Source: a virus (lineage: Duplodnaviria > Caudoviricetes). From it: a stretch of DNA of 26,525 bases. The stretch covers positions 1-26,525 of IMG/VR virus record IMGVR_UViG_3300011338_000677; one strand, 5' to 3'. Positions 7,702 to 16,205 of the stretch are shown here, in pieces (position 1 is the stretch's first letter; each line of letters begins with the position of its first letter). The position numbers and the translations under genes were made by a program. The notes under the pieces were generated by a model. It saw nothing but the letters and a program-made list of their open reading frames with translations. It had not been told where the DNA came from and made no database searches.

Positions 7702-8361
7702 GTGACCGCCTACGCCACACGACAGGACCTTTACAGGTACGCGCCAGTGCGCGGCAGCCTGACGTCCTCATCGCGCGTTGTGGCCAGTTCTACGGCCAGC
7801 ACGGACACGCTGGAACTCGAGGGCCACGGGCTCGAGACGGGCGACACGCTTCAGCTGCGAGCGACCGAGGGCGGGACTCTCTCCGCTCCGCTGGTGGCAA
7901 CGACCACCTACTACGCGATCAAGGTCGACGACTCGCGATTCAAGGTTGCGACATCCTCGGCAAACGCGAGCGCTGGAACGGCTGTCGACCTGACCACGAC
8001 CGGCGTCTCGATGGTGCTCGTCGTGGCCTTGCCGGTGGACGACGTGCTGGAGTTCTACTCCCGCTTCGTCGACGGCCTCCTGCCTGCTCACGCGGTGCCG
8101 CTCGCCTCGCCCTACCCGGTGACAATCGTCGCTCTCGTCGCCGAACTTGCAGCCAAGCGCCTTCAGTTGATCGCCGGGACTTCGAGCGAGTCGATGAAGG
8201 AGATCGAGATCGGAGCGCAGGCGCAACTCCAGCGCTACGCGGCCGGCATCCCGCTCCGTGACTCGCGAGTCACGACGAGCACGAACAAGGCGATCCACGA
8301 CACGGCAGGCAGCACCACGACGGGCGACGCCCGCGGCTGGGGCAGCGGGAGCCTACCGTGA
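7702..8361 (+). CDS. Head-tail adaptor (Mu gp36-like) with inserted beta domain
   Basis: GTG 7702 gives MTAYATRQDLYRY (typical adaptor N-terminus). SRFVDGLLPAHAVPLASPYPVTIVALVAELAAKRL matches the gp36 core. Insert HGLETGD...TTYYAIKVDDSRFKVATS. Confidence 0.75.
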   Translation: MTAYATRQDLYRYAPVRGSLTSSSRVVASSTASTDTLELEGHGLETGDTLQLRATEGGTLSAPLVATTTYYAIKVDDSRFKVATSSANASAGTAVDLTTTGVSMVLVVALPVDDVLEFYSRFVDGLLPAHAVPLASPYPVTIVALVAELAAKRLQLIAGTSSESMKEIEIGAQAQLQRYAAGIPLRDSRVTTSTNKAIHDTAGSTTTGDARGWGSGSLP

Positions 8362-8738
8362 GCCTCAAGGACTTCTCCAAGCGTCTTCGGGCGCTCCCGC
8401 TGGTGGTGGCCCACAAGGTCGCGCAAGCGGCGGCACCGGCCCTTACGGAGGCGGCGCAGGCCTCCTTCGCGGCGGGCGAGACACCCTACGGCGACGACTG
8501 GGCGCCGAGCCCAGACGGCAAGCCGGTGACGCTCCGCAAGAGCGGCGCTCTCATGTCCGGCGTTCGGTACGTGGCAATCGGCACGAGGCTGCGAGTCGCG
8601 CTCACGACTGCCTACGCAAAATATCAGGTGGGTCGCCGCCCTGTCACACCTCGCCCCGGCGCGGCCCTTCCCTCGGACTATGCCGAGGCGCTGAAGAGCG
8701 CCGCGGTCGAAGTCATTGCGGCGGAGGTGAAGGCGTGA
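8358..8738 (+). CDS. Neck/tail completion protein (Mu gpG / virion morphogenesis-like)
   Basis: FAAGETPYGDDWAP, LRKSGALMSGV, AYAKYQVG motifs. Synteny. Confidence 0.75.
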   Translation: MSLKDFSKRLRALPLVVAHKVAQAAAPALTEAAQASFAAGETPYGDDWAPSPDGKPVTLRKSGALMSGVRYVAIGTRLRVALTTAYAKYQVGRRPVTPRPGAALPSDYAEALKSAAVEVIAAEVKA

Positions 8739-9322
8739 TCCACGAGATCGGCGTCGAGCTCCGCGCGTCCCTGGTGGCGAACGGCTGCCCTATCCCCGTG
8801 GTCGACTCTCCGGAGCGCGGCCAGCCGAACGCGGTCCCACGCGAGCGCATCGTGATTGGCCGAGACTTCGGCGAGCCGGAGCCGGTGATGGCGCCGAAGG
8901 GGACGGGGCGGAATCCCCGCCACGTCTTCGATCGCCACCTCGCGGCGAAGGTCACGATCTACGCGCAGGAGCCTCGCGCCGGCGCAACGCACTTCGAGCA
9001 CCTTCGTCGCGCCGACGACATCGCTGACGAGGTACTGCTCGGGCTCCAGAAGGTCATCGTCGCGCGGAAGAACTCCGGCTTTCGATTCGGGGCTCCGCGA
9101 CTGGTCGAGGCTCTCGACGCCAAGGGATCCGAACTCCCGAACTTCGTTGTCTACGAGATCCCGTTCACCGTGCCCCGCGCGGTCGAAGCGCGGACTTGGG
9201 CAGGCGCCGCGGCGACCGAGGCAACCCTTGGCGGAACCGGCGGCGTCACGGTCGGAAACATCACTCGCGTGTCGTCGGCGGGCGACACGACACCAGCCAA
9301 CGAAACCGCCTGCGGAGCCTGA
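8735..9322 (+). CDS. Putative tail terminator / head-tail joining protein
   Basis: GTGA-coupled start with GGAGGTG upstream (MIHEIGVELRASL...). Lies directly before the sheath gene. Confidence 0.6.
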   Translation: MIHEIGVELRASLVANGCPIPVVDSPERGQPNAVPRERIVIGRDFGEPEPVMAPKGTGRNPRHVFDRHLAAKVTIYAQEPRAGATHFEHLRRADDIADEVLLGLQKVIVARKNSGFRFGAPRLVEALDAKGSELPNFVVYEIPFTVPRAVEARTWAGAAATEATLGGTGGVTVGNITRVSSAGDTTPANETACGA

Positions 9323-9325
9323 ACC

Positions 9326-11308
9326 ATGGCCACTCTTCCCGGCTCGACGACTACGATCTCCAACACGGCGGGCGCCTACTCTGGCGGCTCCGGATACGCC
9401 TGCATCATCGCGCCAGTCGGCACGAACGCGGACGCCTCGGCCCCACGAGTCTACACCTCGCTGTCCTCGCTGTACTCCCAGCACGGATACGCCGCTGGCG
9501 TGGATCTCGCCTCGATGCTTTTCGAGGAGTGCAAGGTTCCGGTCCTGTTCGTCGGTGTCCCGATCGTCACGGCCTCGACGGTCGGATCCCAGCGCACCGG
9601 CAGCGCCAACACCGGGACTACGCAGTACACGGTCAGCGGGACCTATCTCGACCAGTTCGACGTGATCCTGACCTGCACCACGGGCGGCACGATCGGAACG
9701 GCGCCGGGTCCGGTGTTCACGCTGTCGCTCGACGGCGGCCGGACGAGCAAGACGATCCGCCTGCTCGCGGCGACCTCGTATGCAATCCCGTACACCGGCA
9801 TCACGATCACGTTCACCAGCGGCTGCACGATGGTCGCGGCGGACACGTTCTCGTTCCGCACGACTCAGCCGAAAATGGACAACACCGGGTTGACGCAGGC
9901 GCGCACTGCGCTTGCCGCTCAGCAGAAGGTGGTCCGCGAGATCATGATCGTGGGCGACCTCGCGAACTCGACCGAGGCCGGCTACGTCACGACTCAGGTC
10001 AACGCCTACGAGACGTCGAACAAGCGCTTCGTCTACGCCCGCGCGCAAGTGAACGACGGCGGCCCGTGCGCGCCTCAGGCAAAGTCCTCCGGCATCCTCC
10101 GGCGCGCGGTGTTCGGCGCTGCCGAGACTCTCACCTTCGCGGAGGTCGGCGCGACCGGCGACACGGTGACTCGCTCGGTCGGCTCGTGGATCACGGACGG
10201 CTTTGCGGTGGGCGACGTTGTCACCTTCGCGGGCTCCGCGTCGAACAACGTGACGGGGCGGATTGCCGCGCTCTCGGCGACCGTCCTGACCTTCGACACG
10301 ACTGACCTTGTGGCCGAAGGCCCAACCGTCGCACTTGGCACGATCACGTGCGTCGGCTCGAACGGCCTGGTGTTCGCCGAGGTTGGCGCCACGGGCGACA
10401 CGATCACCCGCAACGCGGGCTCGTGGGTACTCGACGGCTTCGCCGTTGGCGACGTGGTGACCATCACCGGCACCGCCTCGAACAACGTGACCACGGACGC
10501 GCTGACCGCGGTGTCGGCTACGGTGCTGACCCTCGGCTCGACCGACCTGGTGGCGGAGGAGATCGGAAGTCACGCGGTCACGATCGTCAAGGTCCAGACC
10601 AAGGCGGCCCATGTCGCCGCGCAGGACGCCGCGTTCGCTTCCGTGGATGCGCAGAAGCGAATCGACCTCGGGTATGGCCGAGCTCGCAAGCAGAGCCCGA
10701 TCACGGGCGCGAAGCTTCGGCGTCCGGTCCAGTGGGCGGCGATGCTCCGCGAGTTCAAGCACGACCTTCACATCCCGTGTTGGCGAGTGCTCGACGGCCC
10801 GCTCGACGGGTGGGACCTCGAAGACACCTACGCCCAACTGGTCGAGTACGACGAGCGCGTCGACGGCGGCGCACTCGCGGCGCGGTTCACCTGTTTCACG
10901 ACTCAGGACAACGGCCCGAACGGCGCGTTTATCGGCCTCTCGCTGACGCGTGACACCGAGGGCTCGCTGCTCTCGCGAACGCACAACCTCGCGGTCGCGA
11001 ACAAGGCTTGTTCGATCGTCCAGGCGGAGGGCACGGCCTCGATTGGCCTCGTGCTCACGCTCAACAGTGACGGCACCGGAAGCGAAGCGGACCTGAAGAA
11101 GGTCGAGGGGCGCATCAATAAGGCGCTTCAGATCGGACTCCTCCAGGCCGGCTCCGAGGGGCAACTGGCGAGTTCCGCGAAGTGGACGGCGAGCCGAAGC
11201 GACATCCTCAACCTGGCCAGCCCGACTCTGAACGGGACGCTCTCGCTGCTGCTCCTGGGCACTCTCGAGCACGTGGTGACCAGCGTGCAGATCCAGACTG
11301 GAGGCTGA
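9326..11308 (+). CDS. Contractile tail sheath protein (DUF2586-like) with two inserted tandem domains
   Basis: MATLPGSTTTISN start, TGGTIGT..FTLSLDGGRT, ADTFSFRTTQP, RVLDGPL, EYDERVDGGALAARFTCF, THNLAVANKAC. Confidence 0.88.
   Translation: MATLPGSTTTISNTAGAYSGGSGYACIIAPVGTNADASAPRVYTSLSSLYSQHGYAAGVDLASMLFEECKVPVLFVGVPIVTASTVGSQRTGSANTGTTQYTVSGTYLDQFDVILTCTTGGTIGTAPGPVFTLSLDGGRTSKTIRLLAATSYAIPYTGITITFTSGCTMVAADTFSFRTTQPKMDNTGLTQARTALAAQQKVVREIMIVGDLANSTEAGYVTTQVNAYETSNKRFVYARAQVNDGGPCAPQAKSSGILRRAVFGAAETLTFAEVGATGDTVTRSVGSWITDGFAVGDVVTFAGSASNNVTGRIAALSATVLTFDTTDLVAEGPTVALGTITCVGSNGLVFAEVGATGDTITRNAGSWVLDGFAVGDVVTITGTASNNVTTDALTAVSATVLTLGSTDLVAEEIGSHAVTIVKVQTKAAHVAAQDAAFASVDAQKRIDLGYGRARKQSPITGAKLRRPVQWAAMLREFKHDLHIPCWRVLDGPLDGWDLEDTYAQLVEYDERVDGGALAARFTCFTTQDNGPNGAFIGLSLTRDTEGSLLSRTHNLAVANKACSIVQAEGTASIGLVLTLNSDGTGSEADLKKVEGRINKALQIGLLQAGSEGQLASSAKWTASRSDILNLASPTLNGTLSLLLLGTLEHVVTSVQIQTGG
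10136..10558 (+). repeat. Tandem duplicated ~79-aa domain within the sheath (period 237 nt)
   Basis: FAEVGATGDTVTRSVGSWITDGFAVGDVVTFAGSASNNVT...LSATVLTFDTTDLVAE vs FAEVGATGDTITRNAGSWVLDGFAVGDVVTITGTASNNVT...VSATVLTLGSTDLVAE. Confidence 0.9.
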
Positions 11309-11314
11309 TAGGCC

Positions 11315-11815
11315 ATGGCGAATCAGAACTACGCGAACGTCAACGACTACGAGATTTCGTGGTCGAGCATCAAGGTCCTTTGCAACGTCGACGGCGGCGC
11401 AACGCTCGAGGCCACCGACTGCGAAGGCATCAAGTGGGACTCCAAGTTGGAAGTCGGCCTGTCCTACGGGACGGGCGGCGGCCGGCCGATGAAGGAGACC
11501 GAGGGAAAGGTCAAGTACTCGGCGTCGATGACGCTGAGCAAGACCGGCATTCTCGCGCTCAAGCAGGCGCTCGGCGCCGTGGCTCCGACTCGTGGCAACC
11601 AGGTCCTTTACGGGACCGTGCGCTTCTCGATTCAGATCCAGCACTCGACGGTGGCTGCGCCTTCGACGGTGCACGAGACGATCCTCAAGGGCTGCCGTTT
11701 CCGCGGCGAGACCGAGGACAACAAGGAGGGCACCGACGCGCTCTTCATCGAGGTCCCGCTCGACCCGCTCGAGATCGTGCAGGTCATCAGCGGTCAGGAA
11801 TACGCGCTCATCTGA
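11315..11815 (+). CDS. Tail tube protein
   Basis: 166 aa directly after the sheath. YEISWSSIKV, YGTGGGRPMKETEGKVKYSASMTL, TILKGCRFRGETEDNKEGTDALFIEVPLDPLEI are typical tube motifs. Confidence 0.88.
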   Translation: MANQNYANVNDYEISWSSIKVLCNVDGGATLEATDCEGIKWDSKLEVGLSYGTGGGRPMKETEGKVKYSASMTLSKTGILALKQALGAVAPTRGNQVLYGTVRFSIQIQHSTVAAPSTVHETILKGCRFRGETEDNKEGTDALFIEVPLDPLEIVQVISGQEYALI

Positions 11816-11824
11816 GCGTGAGTA

Positions 11825-11866
11825 GGCGCCAGAGGGTGGCGCCCTGGAGATTCATCACATGACGAA
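11825..11866 (+). promoter_or_regulatory. Hairpin plus start-site motif shared with the MCP leader
   Basis: GGCGCCA-gaggg-TGGCGCC (11825-11843), then GGAGATTCATCACATGACGAA (11846-11866), 19/21 identical to 6620-6640. Confidence 0.55.
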
Positions 11867-12287
11867 GATCGAAGAGATCCAGGCTCGGCGCGAGGCCCTC
11901 AAGGCGAAGCACGTCGCGGCCGAGCAGGCGCAGGCGGAGATCGACCTCTGCGCCCTCGCCGACGCTGAGGAAGAGCACGGCTACGGCTCTGTCGAGTCAC
12001 TGCCCGTGAAGGACTTCGTGGCCGGCTGCCCGACGATGGCAATCGTGAGGAGCCCTGGCGGGACACCCTTCTACAAGAAGTACACCGACCAGGTGCGCAA
12101 CGCTCGCGGCGACGCGATGAAGGTCGGCAAGGCTCAGGAGATCCTGGGCGAGTCGTGCATGGTCTACCCGCCTCCGGGCGAGGTTCGCGATCGCATGCTC
12201 GCGGCGTTCCCCGGTCTCTACGTGTCGTGTGCAGTGCGAGCGGTGAAGTTCGCGGAGCTCGACGCGGAGACCGAAAAAAAAGGCTGA
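11859..12287 (+). CDS. Tail assembly chaperone (lambda gpG analogue)
   Basis: 142 aa between tube and tape measure. Ends GAA AAA AAA GGC TGA. Confidence 0.8.
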   Translation: MTKIEEIQARREALKAKHVAAEQAQAEIDLCALADAEEEHGYGSVESLPVKDFVAGCPTMAIVRSPGGTPFYKKYTDQVRNARGDAMKVGKAQEILGESCMVYPPPGEVRDRMLAAFPGLYVSCAVRAVKFAELDAETEKKG

Positions 12288-12445
12288 CGGCGCGAATCGA
12301 GGAAGCGCGCCACAAGCCGGCAATCCTCGCTGACGGGCTGCTCGCATGGGCCCGAGGCGAGGATGGGCACGAGGTCGATGCCTCGGTGTTCGTGGTGGCC
12401 GAAGTGGCACTCCTGATTCGTGGAGCGTTGACCCAAAAGAGGTGA
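11859..12445 (+). CDS. Frameshifted tail assembly chaperone (gpGT analogue, ~195 aa) via -1 slip at A8 run 12274-12281
   Basis: Slippery A AAA AAA. The -1 frame continues RLTARIEEARHKPAILADGLLAW...LTQKR to a stop at 12445, 3 nt before the tape measure start. Confidence 0.8.
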
Positions 12446-12448
12446 CTC

Positions 12449-14413
12449 GTGGCGGACGGTACGAGCTTCGAGATCAGCATCCCGGTCAGGGCGGAGGGCG
12501 TCGGCGCCGCTGCGTCTGCCGTGGAGCAACTCGAGGCTCGACTCAGGTCCGCGGGGCTGGCGAGTGCCGCGGCTGCTGAGGCTGTGAAGGCTGGCGCAGA
12601 GGCATACTCTGCGTCTGAGACAGCAGCGAACCGCGCGGCGCTAGCGGTCGAGCGCATTGGCGTTCTGGCGGACGCCCAGCGCGGCAAGTTGGCAGAGGCG
12701 ATGTCGGTCGGCGACACGGCTGGAGCGGATGCGGCGAGCTCCGCGCTGGAGACGTTGGCGGTACGCCAGGCCGAGGCACAGGCGAAAGCCGAGGGCGCCT
12801 CATCGGCAATGATGGAGAATGCGGCGGCGCTTGACCGTCTGAAGGTGAATGCCGAGGAGGCGGCGCAGGCGGAGAAGGGTCTTGCTGGAGACCTCGAGAA
12901 ACTAAAGGCCCCAGCTGAAGGCTCAGGCGGATCCCTCCAGAGCATGTCGCGCGCACTCGGCAAGATCGGCGGCCCGGCCGGCATGATCGGGCAGAAGGTG
13001 ACCGGGCTCGCGAATGCGTTCAGCAAGCTCGCGGCGATGGGCCCCGCGGGAATCCTGATCGCGGTTGGCGTCGCTGCTGTCGCTGTTGTAGCCGGCATTG
13101 CGATGGCAGGGATCGGCCTGCTCAAGTTCGGGTTTGCGAGCGCAGACGCGGCGCGAACCTCCATGCTCCTGACGGCTGGCATTGCTGGCTCGGTCGAGGG
13201 CGGCAAGGCGCTGGAGAAGACCATCGGCGACCTCGGCAACCAGGTCCCGATGACAGCCGACGAACTGCGCGACATGGCGGCGCAACTCGCAAAGTCTGGG
13301 CTCAAGGGCGACGCTCTCTCAGCGGCGCTCGAGGACGCGGCGATCAAGGCTGCGAAACTGAAGTTCGGCCCCGAGTACGCGAAGGCGATGCTCGGCGCGG
13401 ACTTCCAGACGCAGAAGCTCAAGGCCAACCTCGGCAAGGTCTTCGGCGGTCTCAAGACCGATGGCGTGATGGCCGCGCTCCAGCGCGTGGTTGCGCTGTT
13501 CGACACGAACTCCTCAAGCGCGCAGGCAATCAAGGTTGTGTTCGAGTCGATGTTTCAGCCGGCCGTGGATGGCATAGAAGGCTTCATTCCGAAGGTCGTG
13601 GCGGCGTTCATCCAGTTTGAAATCTGGGCGATGCGCGGCCTGATCGCGATGCTGCCCTACGTCTCGACGTTCAAGGCTGCGGGGCAGGTTCTTCTCTTCT
13701 TCGGCCAGACGGCGATGATGGTGCTCGGCATCGTCGGCGCCGCAATTGGGTTTGCCGTCCTCCAGACCGTGGCCTTCATGGCCGCACTGAAGGCCGTGTG
13801 GGACGCGATGACGTTCCTGTCCAACGGCGCTGTCGCCCTGGGCGGCGCACTCGTCAACGGCGTTGCGTACGGCGTCGGCTTCCTCATGGGGAAGTTCGCC
13901 GAGGTGAAGGCGTTCCTTGCTGGGATGAGCCTGTCGGAGATCGGCACCGCGCTGATTGACGGCCTCGCCACCGGTCTCACGACCGCCGGCCCGAAGGTCC
14001 TGGCTGCCATCACCGGTGTTGCCAGCGGCGCCATCACCGCCGCAAAGAAGGCACTCGGCATCGCGTCTCCCTCGAAGGTCTTCGCGGAAATCGGCGGGTA
14101 CACCGCGGAGGGCATGAGCCAGGGCGTGGACGCCGGCGCGAAGGATGTCGAGGCGTCCTACAACGACATCATGAATCCGCCCAAGCCCAAGGGCGGATCG
14201 GGCGCGAGCAGCAGCGGCGGCTCCAGCGGCCACGTCTACAACATCTATGTCACGGCGTCGGGAGACGGCGACGACATCGCGGCGAAGGTGCGTGAGGCGA
14301 TCGAGTCGCTGATGGCGAGTGCCACCGCGCAGATGGGCAAGGCCGTGGCCACCGCGGCGCCCGTGTCCTCCTTTGGTGTCCCGAGTGACCTCGTAACCAC
14401 GATGAACTCATGA
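12449..14413 (+). CDS. Tape measure protein
   Basis: 654 aa, Ala/Gly-rich helical with hydrophobic segments. KKALGIASPSKVFAEIGGYTAEGMSQG is the common TMP C-terminal motif. AAGAGGTG RBS. Confidence 0.9.
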   Translation: MADGTSFEISIPVRAEGVGAAASAVEQLEARLRSAGLASAAAAEAVKAGAEAYSASETAANRAALAVERIGVLADAQRGKLAEAMSVGDTAGADAASSALETLAVRQAEAQAKAEGASSAMMENAAALDRLKVNAEEAAQAEKGLAGDLEKLKAPAEGSGGSLQSMSRALGKIGGPAGMIGQKVTGLANAFSKLAAMGPAGILIAVGVAAVAVVAGIAMAGIGLLKFGFASADAARTSMLLTAGIAGSVEGGKALEKTIGDLGNQVPMTADELRDMAAQLAKSGLKGDALSAALEDAAIKAAKLKFGPEYAKAMLGADFQTQKLKANLGKVFGGLKTDGVMAALQRVVALFDTNSSSAQAIKVVFESMFQPAVDGIEGFIPKVVAAFIQFEIWAMRGLIAMLPYVSTFKAAGQVLLFFGQTAMMVLGIVGAAIGFAVLQTVAFMAALKAVWDAMTFLSNGAVALGGALVNGVAYGVGFLMGKFAEVKAFLAGMSLSEIGTALIDGLATGLTTAGPKVLAAITGVASGAITAAKKALGIASPSKVFAEIGGYTAEGMSQGVDAGAKDVEASYNDIMNPPKPKGGSGASSSGGSSGHVYNIYVTASGDGDDIAAKVREAIESLMASATAQMGKAVATAAPVSSFGVPSDLVTTMNS

Positions 14414-14946
14414 GCGTAATCAACCCCATTGATGACGCCTATCTGTACAACGTGATCTCGTTGGGCGGCCTCGACTCGCCCGGCCGAGTCACGATCACCG
14501 GCCACGATCGCGTTCAGGGATGGGACATCAAGTCGGGCACCGCGCAAAAGGGCGCGACGATGACACGCAAGAAGTCGGACCCGATCGAGTTTACGTGCTC
14601 GTTCTTCCTGTCCGATCGCGAGGACTTCGACGCGTGGCCTTCGTTCGCGGCGGCCATCAAGGCGACCGTCGACGGCAAGACCCCGAAGGCGGTGGACATC
14701 TATCACCCGGACCTTGCGGAAGTCGGCATCACGTCGGTCGTCATGGGGACGATCGCGGGCACTGTCCACGACGGACTCGGCGGGCAAACGAAGGTCGTGA
14801 AGTTCCGCGAGTACCTCCCTCCCGCTCCGGCTCCCGGTTCGCCGAAGGGCTCGAAGTCTAGCGCGAAGGCGCCCGACCCGAATCAGGCCGCGCTGGATGA
14901 ACTCGCCAAGCTGGTGAAGCAATACAAGGAGACCCCCGCCGGATGA
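14410..14946 (+). CDS. Tail tube initiator / distal baseplate protein
   Basis: Follows the TMP. LGGLDSPG, WDIKSGTAQKGAT, DIYHPDLAEVGITSVV, VKFREYLPP pattern. Synteny. Confidence 0.65.
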   Translation: MSVINPIDDAYLYNVISLGGLDSPGRVTITGHDRVQGWDIKSGTAQKGATMTRKKSDPIEFTCSFFLSDREDFDAWPSFAAAIKATVDGKTPKAVDIYHPDLAEVGITSVVMGTIAGTVHDGLGGQTKVVKFREYLPPAPAPGSPKGSKSSAKAPDPNQAALDELAKLVKQYKETPAG

Positions 14947-16205
14947 CCGCGACTCTGAACAAGATCGTCGCGACGTCGGCACGGGTCTCTATCCCCGCCC
15001 ACGGCGCATGGTACGCCGAGGTGGACCTCGACGGCGAGCACACGCTGTCGGGCGTTCAGTCGCTCGTCATCGCCGATCTCACCCTCTCCGGCGCGGTCCT
15101 CTCGGGCGGCCCCGAGAACGGACGCTCTCACTACCGGCTCGTGGCTGGCTCGGCCAAGTGGGGCAACACGATCCCGAAGAAGTACTACGTCGACGACGCG
15201 GGCGTGAAGGCCTCTCTCGTGCTCTCAGACGCGGCTTCAGAGTGCGGCGAGACCATCGACGTCAGCAACGTCACGAACCGCCTAGGAGCCGCCTTCGTGC
15301 GCCCCGCGGGCCCCGCGTCCAGGGTGCTCGAGCAACTCTTCCCGCAAGGCTGGTACATCGCCGAGAACGGGACGACGAAGGTCGGCGCACGGACCGCGGG
15401 CACCCTCCCGGCCGGTGTCACGCACGGCCCCGTCGACCTCGCCCGCGGGACGGTCACCCTCGCCTCCGAGAGCATCGCGTCGATCCTTCCTGGCCTCGTC
15501 GTGGACGGCCTGACCGCTGTCGACGTGGAGCACGAGTGCACGCCGGACGGTCTGCGCTCGAAGGTGTGGGGCGCTCGTGGCGCGAGCTCGCGCTTCGTCT
15601 CTGACTTCAAGGCGATCCTCGACCAACTCGATCCCGACCGCGCCTTTCGCGCGCCGGTCGAGTACCGGGTGACTTCGATCTCCGGCGACCGCATCAACGC
15701 GCAGCCTGTTCGCGCCTCGCTCGGAATGCCGGACGTGACGAGGGTCCTTGCGCGGCCTGGCCTGCCAGGCTGCAAGGGCCAGGCGAAACTTGGCTCGCGG
15801 GTCCTCATCTCGTTCATCGAGGCGGACCCGTCGCGGCCTGTCGTGACTGGCTACGAGGACTCGGCGGGCTCGGGCTTCGTGCCGACCACGCTCGTCATTG
15901 ACGCCTCGTCGTCGATCAAGATCGGTGCCGATGCGACCAGGGGCGCGGCGAGGGACGGTGACGACATCTGTCTTGGGTACTTCTGCGCGGACACGACCAA
16001 CAACACGATCTACAGGTCGCCGCCCGAACTCGGCCCGCTGCTCACCGTGTACACGCAATGGCAGAAGGTGACCGCCGTCGCCGACGTGTACTGGTGCACC
16101 GCGACCAACCCGGCGACCCCGACAGTGCCACCTCCACCAGGAACTCCTGGCACCGCGTGGAATGGCATCATCAATGAGGCGAGTTCGCTCGTGAAGATCG
16201 AATGA
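14943..16205 (+). CDS. Fused baseplate hub + central spike (VgrG-like architecture) with PAAR-like C-terminal motif
   Basis: Hub-like N-half (GAWYAEVDL, FVRPAGPASRVLEQL, WYIAENGTTKVG). OB-fold 15648-15854 (YRVTSISGDRINAQP...GSRVLISFIEADPSRPVV). C-terminal GAARDGD...GIINEASSLVKI. Confidence 0.75.
   Translation: MTATLNKIVATSARVSIPAHGAWYAEVDLDGEHTLSGVQSLVIADLTLSGAVLSGGPENGRSHYRLVAGSAKWGNTIPKKYYVDDAGVKASLVLSDAASECGETIDVSNVTNRLGAAFVRPAGPASRVLEQLFPQGWYIAENGTTKVGARTAGTLPAGVTHGPVDLARGTVTLASESIASILPGLVVDGLTAVDVEHECTPDGLRSKVWGARGASSRFVSDFKAILDQLDPDRAFRAPVEYRVTSISGDRINAQPVRASLGMPDVTRVLARPGLPGCKGQAKLGSRVLISFIEADPSRPVVTGYEDSAGSGFVPTTLVIDASSSIKIGADATRGAARDGDDICLGYFCADTTNNTIYRSPPELGPLLTVYTQWQKVTAVADVYWCTATNPATPTVPPPPGTPGTAWNGIINEASSLVKIE

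Noticed and set aside
1333-8738. Transposable (Mu-type) lifestyle
   Set aside because: Only the head and neck proteins are Mu-like. No transposase, Mor/C, gin or mom genes are visible in this window, so lifestyle cannot be called.
8678-11674. 998-aa antisense ORF (also 4513..6396, 6435..7661 and similar)
   Set aside because: Antisense shadows of GC3-rich genes, which lack TCA/CTA/TTA codons. Arg-rich nonsense composition with no motifs.
11899-13533. 544-aa antisense ORF over the chaperone and tape measure genes
   Set aside because: Ser/Ala-rich mirror of the Ala-rich TMP. No RBS or domain signal.
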